Assembly (NCBI GenBank): GCA_964035545.1
Contig: OZ037773.1
Span: forward strand, 2,075,751-2,139,750
DNA from: Bugula neritina
Taxonomy: Eukaryota > Animalia > Bryozoa
Length of the DNA: 64,000 bases
Direction: 5' to 3'
The stretch's first letter is position 1, and the number at the start of each line of letters is the position of its first letter. Both the position numbers and the translations under genes were made by a program. Under the pieces are notes generated by a model that saw nothing but the letters and a program-made list of their open reading frames with translations, was not told where the DNA came from and made no database searches. Below, one piece after another: positions 1 to 14,400 of the stretch.

Positions 1-2204
1 TGTGGAAGACAATCCAGTCGTCTAGTATAGATTCTCAACCAGCACCATCAGGTTAGGTTTTGCTCCATGTTCCTTCGCTCAATCTACTGTCCCATCTTCT
101 ACTGTCCTACCTTATACAGCCCCCACCTGTTAATGCTCTACTTTTTACTGCTCTCCCTGCTACTGTCTTACCATAGAAGGTAAGACAGTAGCAGAGAGGG
201 CAGTAAAAGGTAGAAGGGTATGTGCTGTCCCACCTTCTACTCTCGCACCTTCTACTGTCACACTTGCTATTGGCCCATCTGCTAATTTATATATTTATGC
301 AAGAAGTAGCATTGTATGTACAGCCAAACATTGCATGCTGTGAAAAGCAATATTTTTGTGTAGAATGCAAATAAAACTAAAGTGGAAAAACTTTTTGTCT
401 GACCTGGAGAATCTGGCCATTTATTTTGATTATCAGACAATGAAGTATAAATGGGAGGATAACTCCATTATGTATGTGATATTACTGAGCTAATGTAGTA
501 ATGTGATGAAATGGGTCAACCGGGGCACAATTGATTCAGAGTGAGCATATCTAACTGTCATTAGTCACAGTGTAGTGCTGTGAATAGTTAGTAGCCCCTC
601 CCCCCTCGTGGTGTAATGGTCAGTACACTTGCTAGCAAGCCAGGGGTCTCAGGTTCGAGTCCCAGTGGGGGCAATTATTTCAAAAGCTATTTCGGCATTT
701 AGTCAATTTTAGTAGTACTCTACTCTGCAATTTTCAAAAAGTATTGGCACAGGAGAAGTTGAATATTTATATTACCAATATTATTAAGATTTAATAAAAG
801 AAGAGCGACTGTTGGATTAATACTTCATATAGGCCAAACCGCTGCCGGTTTTACTAAAGAGGCTGCTTCTCCATTTTATTGTTTACTTAAAGAAAGATAA
901 CTAGTAAAATACATTATAGGAAGAAAATATTTCAGCCTAAGCTAAATCAATGATGTCACTCATGGCATACAAACAACTTGGACATGACTCGTTATAATTC
1001 ATATTATGCTATTGATTTAAGTGGAGGATCAATACAAGCGTATTATATTATCATTCAGTGTGTGTATTCTAAACTGGTAACTTTATGCTATAGACCATTT
1101 GCCTGTGCTGTGGCATACAACTATAATAACTATATGAGTGATATTGATTGGGTGTCTATGCCTAATGCACATTGAGCTCTCGTTGTGCCATTTCATTCTC
1201 AGTTGAGAGTAGTGAATAGAACAGCGTGTAGGGTACGACTTTAGAGTGCAACTGATTAGCAAAGCTGTAGAATACAGTTGAAGGGATTCAGTTTTAATAT
1301 TAATTAAAACAACACGCCATGGCTGGTATGTGGTTATTCATTTAAATGTTTTATATATGTGTATATACAATTATATATACTATATATAATAGAAAAATTT
1401 TTAAGACTGGTCATTAAATACTGCCCAAGTTATTTCTAATACTATACTTTCTTTTATCATACCATAGTTATTGTTAAATTAACTTCATACATTGTTTCCT
1501 CATCAGTCAACTCACACTACCCCGATGAGTGGCACAACTTTTTCAGTTATTATGAAAAAAAAATTGTAGGTGATTCATTTTAAAAAGGCATTATACTTAT
1601 GAGCATATTTTAACCTATAAATTCTAATACATACGCACATTAAACTGTGATATGTTTGAGTTATATGAAATAATTCATCATTTTTATGCCTCAGATATTG
1701 CTAACTGGTTTGGATTATTTATTTTGTATTCGTATAGTTTACTTATTTATATAGTGTTACAAGCTGCAATACATTTATATACAGTACTATATTATATACC
1801 ATACTGTACTGTTGCGTACCATCATATACTTTTATGTATACTTATACATATATTATTACATTTTATTATATACTATTATAATATGTTATTATATCAAATT
1901 ATATATAGGGCTTACTATGGCTTTAGCTTTGTTTAATTTTAACCTGAAATAAAGTCAACTTATTGCCATAATTGGCCCTTGGTAATATACTCAGTTGTAA
2001 TAAGATAGAGGGCACCATTTTCTCCATCTAATGGGCTAACCACTTTAGCCTGCTACTACTACGTCACACCACACTATGTACACAATATTGATCAGTAGAT
2101 TGTTAGCTTACAAACCTGCAGTTGAAGTGTCAATATCCTACACTACACAATTCCTACCCACCATCAACTTAATTGCTTTATTTCTATGCTTGAGTTATCT
2201 AAAG

Positions 2205-2270
<66 letters not shown>

Positions 2271-2353
2271 TACTAAATTGTATTAGTACCAAATATAAAT
2301 ACTCTATTTTTCGAAATATTGAGTTCTTTTGATTCATTTTTAATTATAGAAAC

Positions 2354-2403
<50 letters not shown>

Positions 2404-5400
2404 TGTATATACTACAATATAATATAATATATAAGTTAGTGTGTATATATAGGTTACTGCATATATTATAGGTTTGTGTATATCTAAATAACTGTATATT
2501 ATGGTTTGGATTTATTTATACAGATGGAGCGGAAAGTGCTGAAAGGGAAGCTAGTATTTCAGATGATGACTCTTCTGACAGCGACTCTAAAGAGTAAGTA
2601 ACTCCAAATTAACTCATAAGCTGTAAAGAAAGTGCATTGGTTTTTATTGAATGAGTATATTGGTTGTAATATAAACCTATTAAGAATAAATAACAACAAA
2701 ATGAGATTGGATGAAAATTAACAAAAGTAGTTGTGAGCATAATGACTGGAACTTTACAGTTTTTTCTTCCACCTGGTTCAACTTCCATTAATAACTAACA
2801 GACTGTTATACTGCATAGTAACCTACACCTTCTAGTACATAGTGACTCATATTTCAGGTCTGAGCCAATGAAAAGTTCCCAATGGCTTGACTTCCAAGCA
2901 ATGGCTGACCGAATCACAACAACTGTGAAGCAGACGTCAACTAGCATGCAGAAGCTCCGAGACACTACAAACGTCACCAAATTGGTGAAGGGGCTAATCA
3001 AGGAGGAGATGCCTGAAGGAACTGAAGGTGAGTGATTTCCTGCCTAATGTTAAGTAATGCATACTCTATATTGTATGTTGGTGTATGTGTTATATAATCT
3101 ATATTGTATGATGGTGTATATGTTATATACTCTACACTGTATGTTGGTGTATATGTTATATACTCTATACTGTATGTTGGTGTATATGTTATATACTCTA
3201 CACTGTATGTTGGTGTATATGTTATATACTCTATACTGTATGATGGTGTATATGTTATATACTAGCTGTATTGTCTATATTGTATACTAACTGCATTGTA
3301 TATAATATGTACATTGTGTATATTGTATCACATATACTGAATACTAATGCATTATAAAGGCTTTGTACATGCTGTATTGTGCATACTGTACACTGTGTTG
3401 TATATACTACATACTGTATCATATATGTTATATACTGCATTACATATAGTGCATTACATATACTGAATACTAACTGCATTGTATATAATATATACATACA
3501 TGTATTACACATGTATTACTATACTAAATACTAATGGAACAGGCGCGTGGGACAAGGTAGATGATGAAGTCGACGCGTCCTGTTCGTCATCCAATGAGTT
3601 TGAAGATGATTATGATCCTAAGGCAGAAGCTGACTTGGTAGGCAAAGCATTTGGTGATTACAAAGGCGTGAAGAAGAGAAAGAAGGAAGCTGGGCAGACT
3701 GGTGCCGCTGGTTTTGAAGACACATACGATCCTGGGGTAGATGTTAATGACCCATTAGCTGGTGCATTCGGAGATGGATTTAGAACGAGCAAACCCGCGC
3801 AGGTATAGCTAAACCTTTGCTCTCACAGTGTATAGCACACTCTCACAGTATATAGCACACTCTCATAGTATATAGCACACTCTCACAGTATATAGCACAC
3901 TCTCACAGTATATAGCACACTATCACAGTATATAGCACACTCTCACAGTATATAGCACACTCTCACAGTATATAGCACACTCTCATAGTATATAGCACAC
4001 TCTCATAGTATATAGCACACTCTCATAGTATATAGCACACTCTCACAGTATATAGCACACTCTCACAGTATATAGCACACTCTCACAGTATATAGCACAC
4101 TCTCACAGTATATAGCACACTCTCACAGTATATAGCACACTCTCACAGTATATAGCACACTGTTACTCTTATATGTTACGTTTCCAAGCTTCACACCCTG
4201 CACAACCACAACCATAAGCTCATGCAAACCGCAACCACAAATTTATCTATTCACATAACGTGAAGTCATTGAAACGCCGTGACAGTGTACACTTCTAGTA
4301 TATTCTCACAGGGTACTCCCACAGTATTCTTTCACAATGTGACCTTTTAGTATAGTTTTATAGTGTTCCCAATTATAGTATACTGCCATACTGTAGGCTC
4401 CTTCTTGTAACTTTGATGATGACTTTTCTGCTGCCACAACCTCTCCCTGTGTGAAGAAGAGCTCACAGGATCAGACTACAGGTGACAGCATAAGTGAGTT
4501 TAATGGTGGTGGACACAAATCTGGAAAAACGAAACTTAAAACAGGTACATACATATAAAACACTTATGGTTGCCCATTGGCTTCTAGATAGATCATATTA
4601 TAACGTACATTTTACTTGCGGACTACAGATGTACTGTTGCTTGCCTTTAGATAAATCAGGTCAAGCAACTAGCAAAAGGCCTACCAGACCAGCACCACCT
4701 CTTTCTTCTGCCAACAGTGATTCTAATAGGTCAACCAGTTCAAGGTCAACCAATGAGACTAGTAGTATCACCACTAAAAGAGCTCATGCAGTTCAATCTA
4801 CCAAACCCATGAAACCTCCATCTCCGCAGAAACCACCGCAGAAGCCTCCCCAACGTCCTTCACAGAAGCCTCTGCAAAAACCGTCAGCATCTGCAATGGA
4901 AACCGGCAATATACAACCAATTGGTGATGACGAAGTAGACCTACTTGGAGGTTTAACTGGAAACTGCAATGATTCTACTTTGTTGGCTTCTGTAGACGTA
5001 AATCTTTTAGAAAGCTATAACGAGCCAAGTAACCTTGACCTTTTGCTAGGCAATGTAGAAGAAACACCCACTGCGGGGTTTAATGGTTAGTGAGTTTTGG
5101 TGCAGGTGGACATGTGCTTATTTGAATTTTGCTACCAGTAAGCAGTGAGTTAAGAGCAAATGAAGGTATCTTTAGGTACAGTGCTTATTAGTTACCATAA
5201 CCTATCAAATAGAGTTATCTATTAGATAGAGTAACTTATTAGGTAAAGTAACGTATTAAATATAGTCACATACTAGGTATATGGTCACCTAGATATTACA
5301 TTTAGTAACTCTCTTATACTGTTTATAGATGCTGTGCTAGAAAAACTAGAGCTGACAGAAAAAGTCCCGGAGACAAGAGAAGTTGCCAGGTTGCGGATGG

Positions 5401-8400
5401 AAATGTCAACAGAACTTTCTTCCAGAAGTAGTAGCACAGATCAACTAGATGCATTCGAATTTTTCACTGGTGCTGCCCCAGCGTCAGATTCGGTTGATAA
5501 CAATAGCAGCTCGCTACAGCCGTCTCCCCAGATCAACATCATAGCACCTTCAGTAGAAAACCTGGCCACAGGTGATATGCTAGAACTTGATATGTGCCAG
5601 CCAATCGCGTCTAAAAATACAGATGGCGGTAGAGATTTGGATTCCGTATCCTCGTCTTCGAGTGAGAGCGAAAGCGATCAACTCGCACCATTCTCGGCAA
5701 CTTCCTTAGAGAGAGAAGATACTTTGGATTTTGATGAGATCATGAGCAGACCTGTAGCAAAAGATATTAGTGAAACTAAGCTATCTAGTGAGGTTTGGGC
5801 TGGAACAGACGACTCTGGTATTGGAGTAGAGTTTAAAGCTACTTTTTCTGTAAGTTGAAAACAGGATTTCCTGTTTACAATGAAATTGTCCATAAACTAT
5901 AGATATGGTATGGGAATGCCTCTAAGTCAAACATTTCACCACAAAAATTGAAACTAGAAGCTAAATTATAAACTGTAAAATACTTCATAGGTTTCTGATG
6001 AGCTGGAAGAGGGCACTTTCACCGGGAATCAGACGTTTGAAACTCTAATAGAGAAGTATGAGAACATTAAAGGAGGAAGTGGAGAATTTGAAATGGGAAC
6101 AAAGAGTAAGATCTATGTTTCATTAGAAATTAGCTTACACTTGTTTAACTACTAGTATTATTGAATTCGTAAAAGTGTTTTGTGGTTTTAGTGCTGTTTG
6201 CATTAGAACAAGTTTTTACTCAATAAAGTGTTTTTGTGTTGTATAAAAGACACAGCAATTCAAAAAAAGAATGATAATATACAGAATATATAATTTCTTT
6301 GAGTGTTTTTTACATGGTATACGATGCAATGTCATATGCTGACATATTTTTAATCGAAGGTCGTGCAGAGGTCACCGGTAGTCAGTCTGTGTCAGCAAAG
6401 CGAGCCATGAAATTTGCCAGAACCTTCTCAGAGACCATTGATGAAGACGATGACGGGCCGTTGTCTGGTGTGTAGTGAATATGTGTATAATTATGTGTAT
6501 GTATAGTATGTAGATATGTATAGTATTATGTATATGTATGTAGATATGTATAGTGTATGTATATGTATAGTATGTAGATATGTATAGTATATGTATATGT
6601 ATAGTGTGTAGATATGTATAGTATATGTATAGTATGTAGATATGTATAGTATATGTATAGTATGTAGATATGTATAGTATATGTATAGTATGTAGATATG
6701 TATAGTATATGTATAGTATGTAGATATGTATAGTATATGTATAGTATGTAGATATGTATAGTATATGTATAGTATGTAGATATGTATAGTATATGTATAG
6801 TATGTAGATATGTATAGTATATGTATAGTATGTAGATATGTATAGTATATGTATAGTATGTAGATATGTATAGTAGGTGTGTAGTGTATGCACATATAGT
6901 ATACATATAGTATGTAGATATGTATAGTATATGTATAGTATGTAGATATGTATAGTATATGTATAGTATGTAGATATGTATAGTATATGTATAGTGTATG
7001 TACATATAGTATACATATAGTATGTAGATATGTATAGTAGGTGTGTAGTGTATGCACATATAGTGTATGTATAGTGTCTGTGTAATGTATGTATAGTGTA
7101 TATATGTATAGTGTGTATGCATGTGTATGTATCATTGCACATACAGTGTAGAGTACATTTATGGTATGTTTTTATATTGTATATAATCTAGTTTAGATAT
7201 TATGTTGTGAGTATAGTGTATATGTATAGTGTATATGTATAGTGCGTATGTATAGTATATATGTATTCTAAGTACAGTGCATATATATTCTAAGTACAGT
7301 GTATATATATAGCGTATACTCTAACTATAGTGTATATCTTGCACAGTCGAAGCGTCAACAGGATTGGGCCTAGTGGTGGATCCAATGGAAACAGAAGGGG
7401 AAGAAGGAGAGGAGAAGGCAGTGGCTTCTGGTAGCTCGATAAGACATGTTTGGATAGACATGACTAAACCGATGCCTAGAGCACAAGTATGTCAGTCATT
7501 TGTGTACTATACACAGTAATATATACTTGGTAATATATATACTTGGTAATATATACTTGGTAATATATACTTGGTAATATATACTTGGTAATATATACTT
7601 GGTAATATATATACTTGGTAATATATACTTGGTAATATATACTTGGTAATATATACTTGGTAATATATACTTGGTAATATATATACTTGGTAATATATAC
7701 TTGGTAATATATATACTTGGTAATATATACTTGGTAATATATACTTGGTAATATATACTTGGTAATATATACTTGGTAATATATACTTGGTAATATATAC
7801 TTGGTAATATATACTTGGTAATATATATTTGGTAATATATATTTGGTAGTATATACTTGGTAATATATACTTGGTAATATATAAACTCACGCAAGTTTAT
7901 AGTCACTATCCCTGTGAGAAACCCCTGATGGAAGGGGTTTTTATTAGAACGGGCTAAGGACTTGTTTAGATGAGGCTCAAGAGCAATTATGACTGGATAC
8001 TCTTCCTAACATCACCAATGGCCTTTGTCTGGGCTCGAACCCATGACCTTCGTGTTTACTAGGCAAACGCTCTAACCCCTAGACCAAGGCTGCTCCCTTG
8101 GTAATATATACTTAGTAATATATACAAGTTTGGTAATATGTACACAGTAATATATAATTAGTATTATATATATACAGTGACATATGCACAGTAATGTATA
8201 TACAGTAATATATACTTGGTAATATATACACAGAAATATGTACACTGTAACATATACACTGTAATATATGCACTGTAATATGTCCATAGTAAGTATTATA
8301 TAGCCAGTATTATTATACATACAGTAATATTCACACCATGTAGCATGTACATAGTGTAATATACACAGAAATATATTCATAGGACTACATATATACATAG

Positions 8401-11400
8401 TTATTTATCTATAGTATAAGTAGTGATATATAGAGATCATACTATAAATGGTGGCATATATACAGATTGTTATACATAGTAAAGAATATATTATACATAA
8501 TGATAGATTATACAGAGCTCTAAACCTTACACTGATAATCTGTATTCATAGTTAGACTAATATTATAAAGTTATATTAGAGGTTATAAAGTGTCATGTTT
8601 GCGTTTAGCCTAAACCACTGAACAAGAAGGACAAAGCTGCTAAACCACCACCGTCTTCCATCAAACTGTTGTCCCAGGAAGCCAGGCAGTCCCTGCATGT
8701 CAACACAAAGCCGGTTCCAAGGCCAAAAGGTGGGTTTGGGTATAGGCGCCACCCTTCTTACTTGCAGTAAGATTCTTGTCAAAAAGAGCCAAGTCTACTA
8801 CTGAAACTAAGACTATTACCCATAATGCAAGCAAGTCTATATCTCCAGCGTTTTGTATTTACTATCAGCATATCTTTCGTCTCTATATATTTACACCGAC
8901 AATAACCAACATTTACAAACTTTCATCCAAGATATGAGGAATAGTTGTTAGCACATACATAGATATAGCAATATTTGCTAACACAATAACTATAACTTAT
9001 ATAACAGTCAGTGACTGTCAATACTTATAGATTTATACATTTCTTTGAATCATGGATTATGTAAAATATCAGTCAATTGGGACAAAAAAATTTTATTGAC
9101 ATTCTTTTGATAACTCAAAGCTGACTGAGATGCAGTTCGAACACTGTTTAAACCGTATTTAGACCTATTATAGGTTTATGTTAAATAATATAATAGATGT
9201 AAATTTTTTAACCATTAAATAAGCAAACTGTAGTTTTAAGTTTATTATGACTCGTTCTATTGTCTCAATCTTTTGGTCATGTGCAGTATCCTCACTCTTT
9301 TTACTCATTAAAAAAAGCCAATCGTACAGACTAAAACAGAGCTCTAACATAGTTTGAGTGCATTCAATAGAACCCCAAGCCTTCTGAATCTGAAATAATT
9401 AGATCGTATGATATAAGAGGTATTCAAGTAGCTAGAAACATTTTCTGTTTAACTATAAAACAGCAATGACTCTTTTCACTAACTCTGCTATTTTCAGCAC
9501 TTAGCCTAGAACCTTCTGCAGAAACCCCAAAGTCTACAGAGTCTACTGAGTCCACAGTTAAGAGTTCAACTAAAAAGTTGGTAACTCAGGGACAAGCAGA
9601 CCACCTAAATCTCTCTCAGCTTAAAGAGCACACAACTCTTGCTTTTGAGATAGAGAAACGTAAGAAAAGAAAGAAACACGCCAATAAAAGTAAGTTAACA
9701 AAATACTTATATCGCATGATAGAGGTGTTGAGAAGGACTAGATTGGTAAGAAACTCACACAAGTTTATAGTCACCATCCCTGTGAGAACTTCTAAAGGAA
9801 GGGGTTTTTGTTAAATAGGGCTAAAGACTTATTCAGAAAGGACATAGGTGCAATTATGACTGAATGCTGTTCCTAACATCACCAATAGCCTATTGTCGGG
9901 GTTTGAACCCATGACTTCGGGCTTACTAGGCAAACGATCTAACCCCTAGACTAAGGCTGCTCCCTAAAATTACTGAATTGTTAGATGACGGTAAATATGT
10001 GCTAAATATCATTGGCTGTTACAGAAAGTGTAGAGCTTCCAACAATTCCTCCTCCACCAAAGAACTCTACCCCATCCCTAATACGGAAAAACCCTTTTAC
10101 TCAGTCAGAGTCACCATCTTCTGAAGAAGCAGAAGAAATGAAATCAGACAAAGAAGAAGAAGTAGGCAATAGTTTAGTAAGAAATGAGGAAACGCTACCA
10201 CTGGCTGAAGGTTTTTATATACACCAAATTATTTTTTTGTGGTCTTAGAATTTTGCTTACCAAATATAATTGTAGATATTGTAAAATAACCATTTTTGCT
10301 TCTATTTAGACATAGCAGATAGTTTTGAGTTTATAGAATAGTGTTAGACACCGGGGTTTAGATTTTCTAAACACTTGAAAATAAATTTTATGTTTAGACA
10401 AAAACATACCAATTCACAAATGGGAAGCTTTAGAAAAAGTTGAATTGCCTCCCTTAGAAGAGTTTCGGCCAAAGTATGAAGGCCATGGCTGGAAAATGCT
10501 TATCAGGTAATACTGATGTGACATATTTATATTTTACATATTATATCTTACACTTTATGCAATGCTATTTGTTACACTAAAACCTGCTCGCAGTAAACGT
10601 TTGACTCATTGTGTTTGATACAACTAAAATGGCTGCTTCCGTTTTTAAAATGTAGAAAACCTCCTAAAAAATCTTTAACTAAAAAGAGATTTTGGGAGGA
10701 AGTGTATCTGAGACTGGAAATAGACAGTAAAGGGTGCCCATGTCTTCTTCTCTACCGTAATGAAAAAGATGCTAAAAAAGGTACATTTGCTTACATATTC
10801 GTATTTTTCTCATTAACGCATATTTATCTGAGAGAAATACAAATTTATAATTAGTTGATAAGTTTTTCTTAAAATCAACTATAGCTATTATAACCTATAG
10901 CTTCTATGACTATTTGTTTTGATAGTCTGATATTAACATATGTTTGATATTAATGCTAGTGTTCTGCTAGTATTCTGCTATTAGTCTGCTATTAGTCCGC
11001 TATTGGTCTGCTGTTATTTTACCAATATCCTTATGTATGCATTCTGGTATGTTACTGAGAGCAGGTGCTAAAGAGCTAGAGAGAGCCAGGCTGAATCCCT
11101 TCCACCAACTGTCTGACAGCATCTACCTGCAGCAATATGATCAGTATGGTAAATGTCACAGCATTAAAATACTTCATGTGTCGTACAAAGAGAGACCGAG
11201 CTTGCGAGGTGATCGAGTCACAGAAGCTTTGCCAAATTTCTTGAAAGGTTAGTTGTTGCTCACAAGTATGTCATGCTATGAATAGCAGTTCTACGAGAGA
11301 GAATAAAGTTGTGTAGCAGCAGCTTATTGCTACTTGTGTTCTACTATGTAGGTTACATGAAGCCAACCAAGACGATGATGTTTGAGCATGCTCCAACGAT

Positions 11401-14400
11401 CACAGAACTGTACAAGTTTGGCAGTTTAGACTACAGGTCAATGAGAATGTTTGTTTGGGAGCTAGAAGATGCGCTCCAACACCTGCAAGTAGAGAGAATT
11501 AACACTAACACTATGTACCAGAAAAACGAGATTATAGCAGACGCGTGGGATGAATATGAGGCTTGCATCGATAGAGAGGTTTGTATTGACAGTCTTGAAA
11601 ACAAAAATATTATATAGGCTTAATGGTTCTTAGCAATTGATTTGAAACTCGATGTTGCAGGGCCATATAGTATCCCATAAGGCCAGAGTGAGACTGTTTA
11701 TGATTTGCTTCATATCTGGAATGCCAATAATAGAGGTAGGCATCAACGATAGAAGACGCAGGGGTAAAGAAGTGGTTCGCAGACATGAGATTATTCCAGT
11801 TAAGGTGAGTAACTGGTGTATTTAACTGAATGAAACTACACAGGAGTGGGAGCTAAATATAACTGAACAAAAGTGTGAGCTGAATAAAGTTGAACGACAA
11901 TGTAAGATTACTTAAAGTAAACAGAAGTAAAAGCTAAAAATATTAAAGAAGAGTGTAAGCTAAATGAGGATAAAAGGGAAGGGGGAGTTAAACTGAATGA
12001 ATTCAAGCATAAAATTATTGACATATCACACCAATTACAGGCGGAAAACTGGATAACAGTAGAAGACGTAGAACTGCATCACATTGTGAAGGAAGAAGAT
12101 TATAAGGAGGATGGGGTGATCAGGTTTAGACCTTTAGATGGAAACAAGTTTGAGTTTATGAGATTTAGATACAGGTAAGAAAAGCATATACCAGAAGTCA
12201 AAAAAGCATTGCACCACTGTTGAATTTATAAATCATGTCAGCCAATGTTTTTGATATTTAAGACCAAAGAAGAATAGAGAGCTGCCTCTACAGATTGCCA
12301 CCAAGATGGTTGTGGATAGAGAGAAGCTCATCATTGAGCTGCGAGCTGATGTATTAATACCTGGTTACTATAGCAACAGTAAACGAAAAGGCCAAGTACC
12401 TTGTGAGGTAGTAACTGTTTACCATTCACAACTATATCAAGAAGTAACATAGCTTGATATGTAGGTGTCACATATTAAAAATTTTAGTTTATAATGTATA
12501 TGTGTTACGATTTGTAGAATATTCAAATATGTTTCCCAATTCCTGAGCCTTGGGTTTACAAGTTCAGAGTGGAGAAACATCAAAAGATGGGCTCGTTGCA
12601 TGCAGCTGCGAGGAAACCTGGCAAAGTAAAAGGACTGGAGAGAATTACTACTGCTTTTGGCAAAGTTGTAGAATCCTATCTACCTCCAAGTTTCATTGAG
12701 GTTGTACAGTTGTAATACGTATATTTTCAGAGCAAGTGCCAAACAGCATTACATTTATTCTTCACGAAGGCTACGCAACAGTGTTGACTATATTTTTACA
12801 GAGGGTGTATAACAGCATTGATTGTATGTTTTAAATTGATGAAACTTTGAGCACTTATATTGATTTTGGTCTTCATTTCTAGTGCTCTGTGGGAGATGCT
12901 AAGTATGAGCACATATTTCGATCTGTTGTTTGGAGAATAGAGAAATTGCCAAGGTTTAACGAAGGTTAGTAACAAAACAACCTGCATTATTATGAATAAC
13001 TGTAGGCTACCAATAATTATTTATTATATATTGTGTATTATATTATCATTTAGCATACCATTTTGTAATATATCATGTAGTATGACAACATTACACAACA
13101 TAATTTCATTCATTATATTTTTGTGTAACATATCATGGTCTAGTGAATTAATATTATGTAATGTAATATTATTTAATATATTATTAATCAATATCACATG
13201 CTAAGTAATGTTGTACTTTAGAATATAGTGTGGTGTGATATATTGTTACTCAGTATCATATCATGTGTTATATTAATTATCAATGTTATACTATGTAATA
13301 CTGCATCATAGAATCTATTGTCATATTATGCAATATATCATGTAATGTATCACTACGCAAAATAAAATTATATAATATAGTATAGAAACTAATAAGATGT
13401 AGAAAAATACAGTTTACTGTGTTGCAGGAGCATACAAAAGCCACTACTTTGCTCTCAGACTACAGTTGGAGAAACATGATGTAATACCAGACAGCTTTGA
13501 GCCCCACATACAAGTTGAGTTTGTAATGCCACACACTACCGTCTCTGGTACAGCAATTAGGTCTATTTCCTGTCCAGACGTTGATGAGACAACTGAGAAA
13601 TGGGTTCACCACCATGCCAGGTATGTCTGCTAAAAGCTAGTCATGCCCTTGAAAATTAGCTATACATAAGCATATGTGTGTGTGTGCGTGCGTGCGCGTG
13701 TGTGTGTGTGTGTGTGTGTGTGCGTGCGTGCGTGTGTGTGTGCGTGCATACGTGATCACCCGCGTGTGCGTGGAGGCTAGTGAAATTCCAGGAGATAATG
13801 AAGCCTTTGTTACAGGTACGAGTACACTGTTGAAATAGATTTCCAGTCACAGATAAGACAACTTCTGCCTGACGAAACTCCTCCTCAAGGAAACTCTACG
13901 TCTCAATCAGAACCAAACAAGGTGAGTAAAATTTTGTGTCAGCTATGGACAGGGTAATATAAGGGGGCAGTCATGGCCCAAGGGTTAGATCATTTGCCTA
14001 GTAAGCACTAAATTGTGGGTTCGAGCCCGACAAAGGCCATTGGTGATGTTAGGAAGAGCATGCAGTCATAATTGCTCCTGTGCCCTCTCTAAACAAATAC
14101 TTAGCCCAATTTAACAAAAACCCTTTCCATCAGGGGTTTCTCACAAAGATGGTGGTTATAAACTTGCGTAAGTGAGTGAGTTTATATGGAGATATAACAT
14201 AGTATAAGCTGGAGATATAATATTATATAAGAAGATATATCTGCATCATGATAAAATGAAATATAACGTAATGTACAGAGATGTATAACATATAATAAAG
14301 ATATATAATATATTGTACAGAGATGTATAACACATATTAAATGTTGCAGGTAAACTCTGATGAAGAAGACAATAGCAGCATAGACATAAACGAAGGAAGA

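Noticed and set aside
594-685. Functional tRNA gene
   Set aside because: 6-nt anticodon loop and mismatched anticodon and T stems; a diverged second copy shares the tail, so it is treated as tRNA-derived
3821-4161. Regular 20-nt array resembling a CRISPR
   Set aside because: Head-to-tail repeats with no unique spacers, inside a eukaryotic intron, and no cas genes
6372-7906. Long Y/I/T/H-rich ORFs on the minus strand
   Set aside because: Translations of stop-free minisatellites, open in several frames
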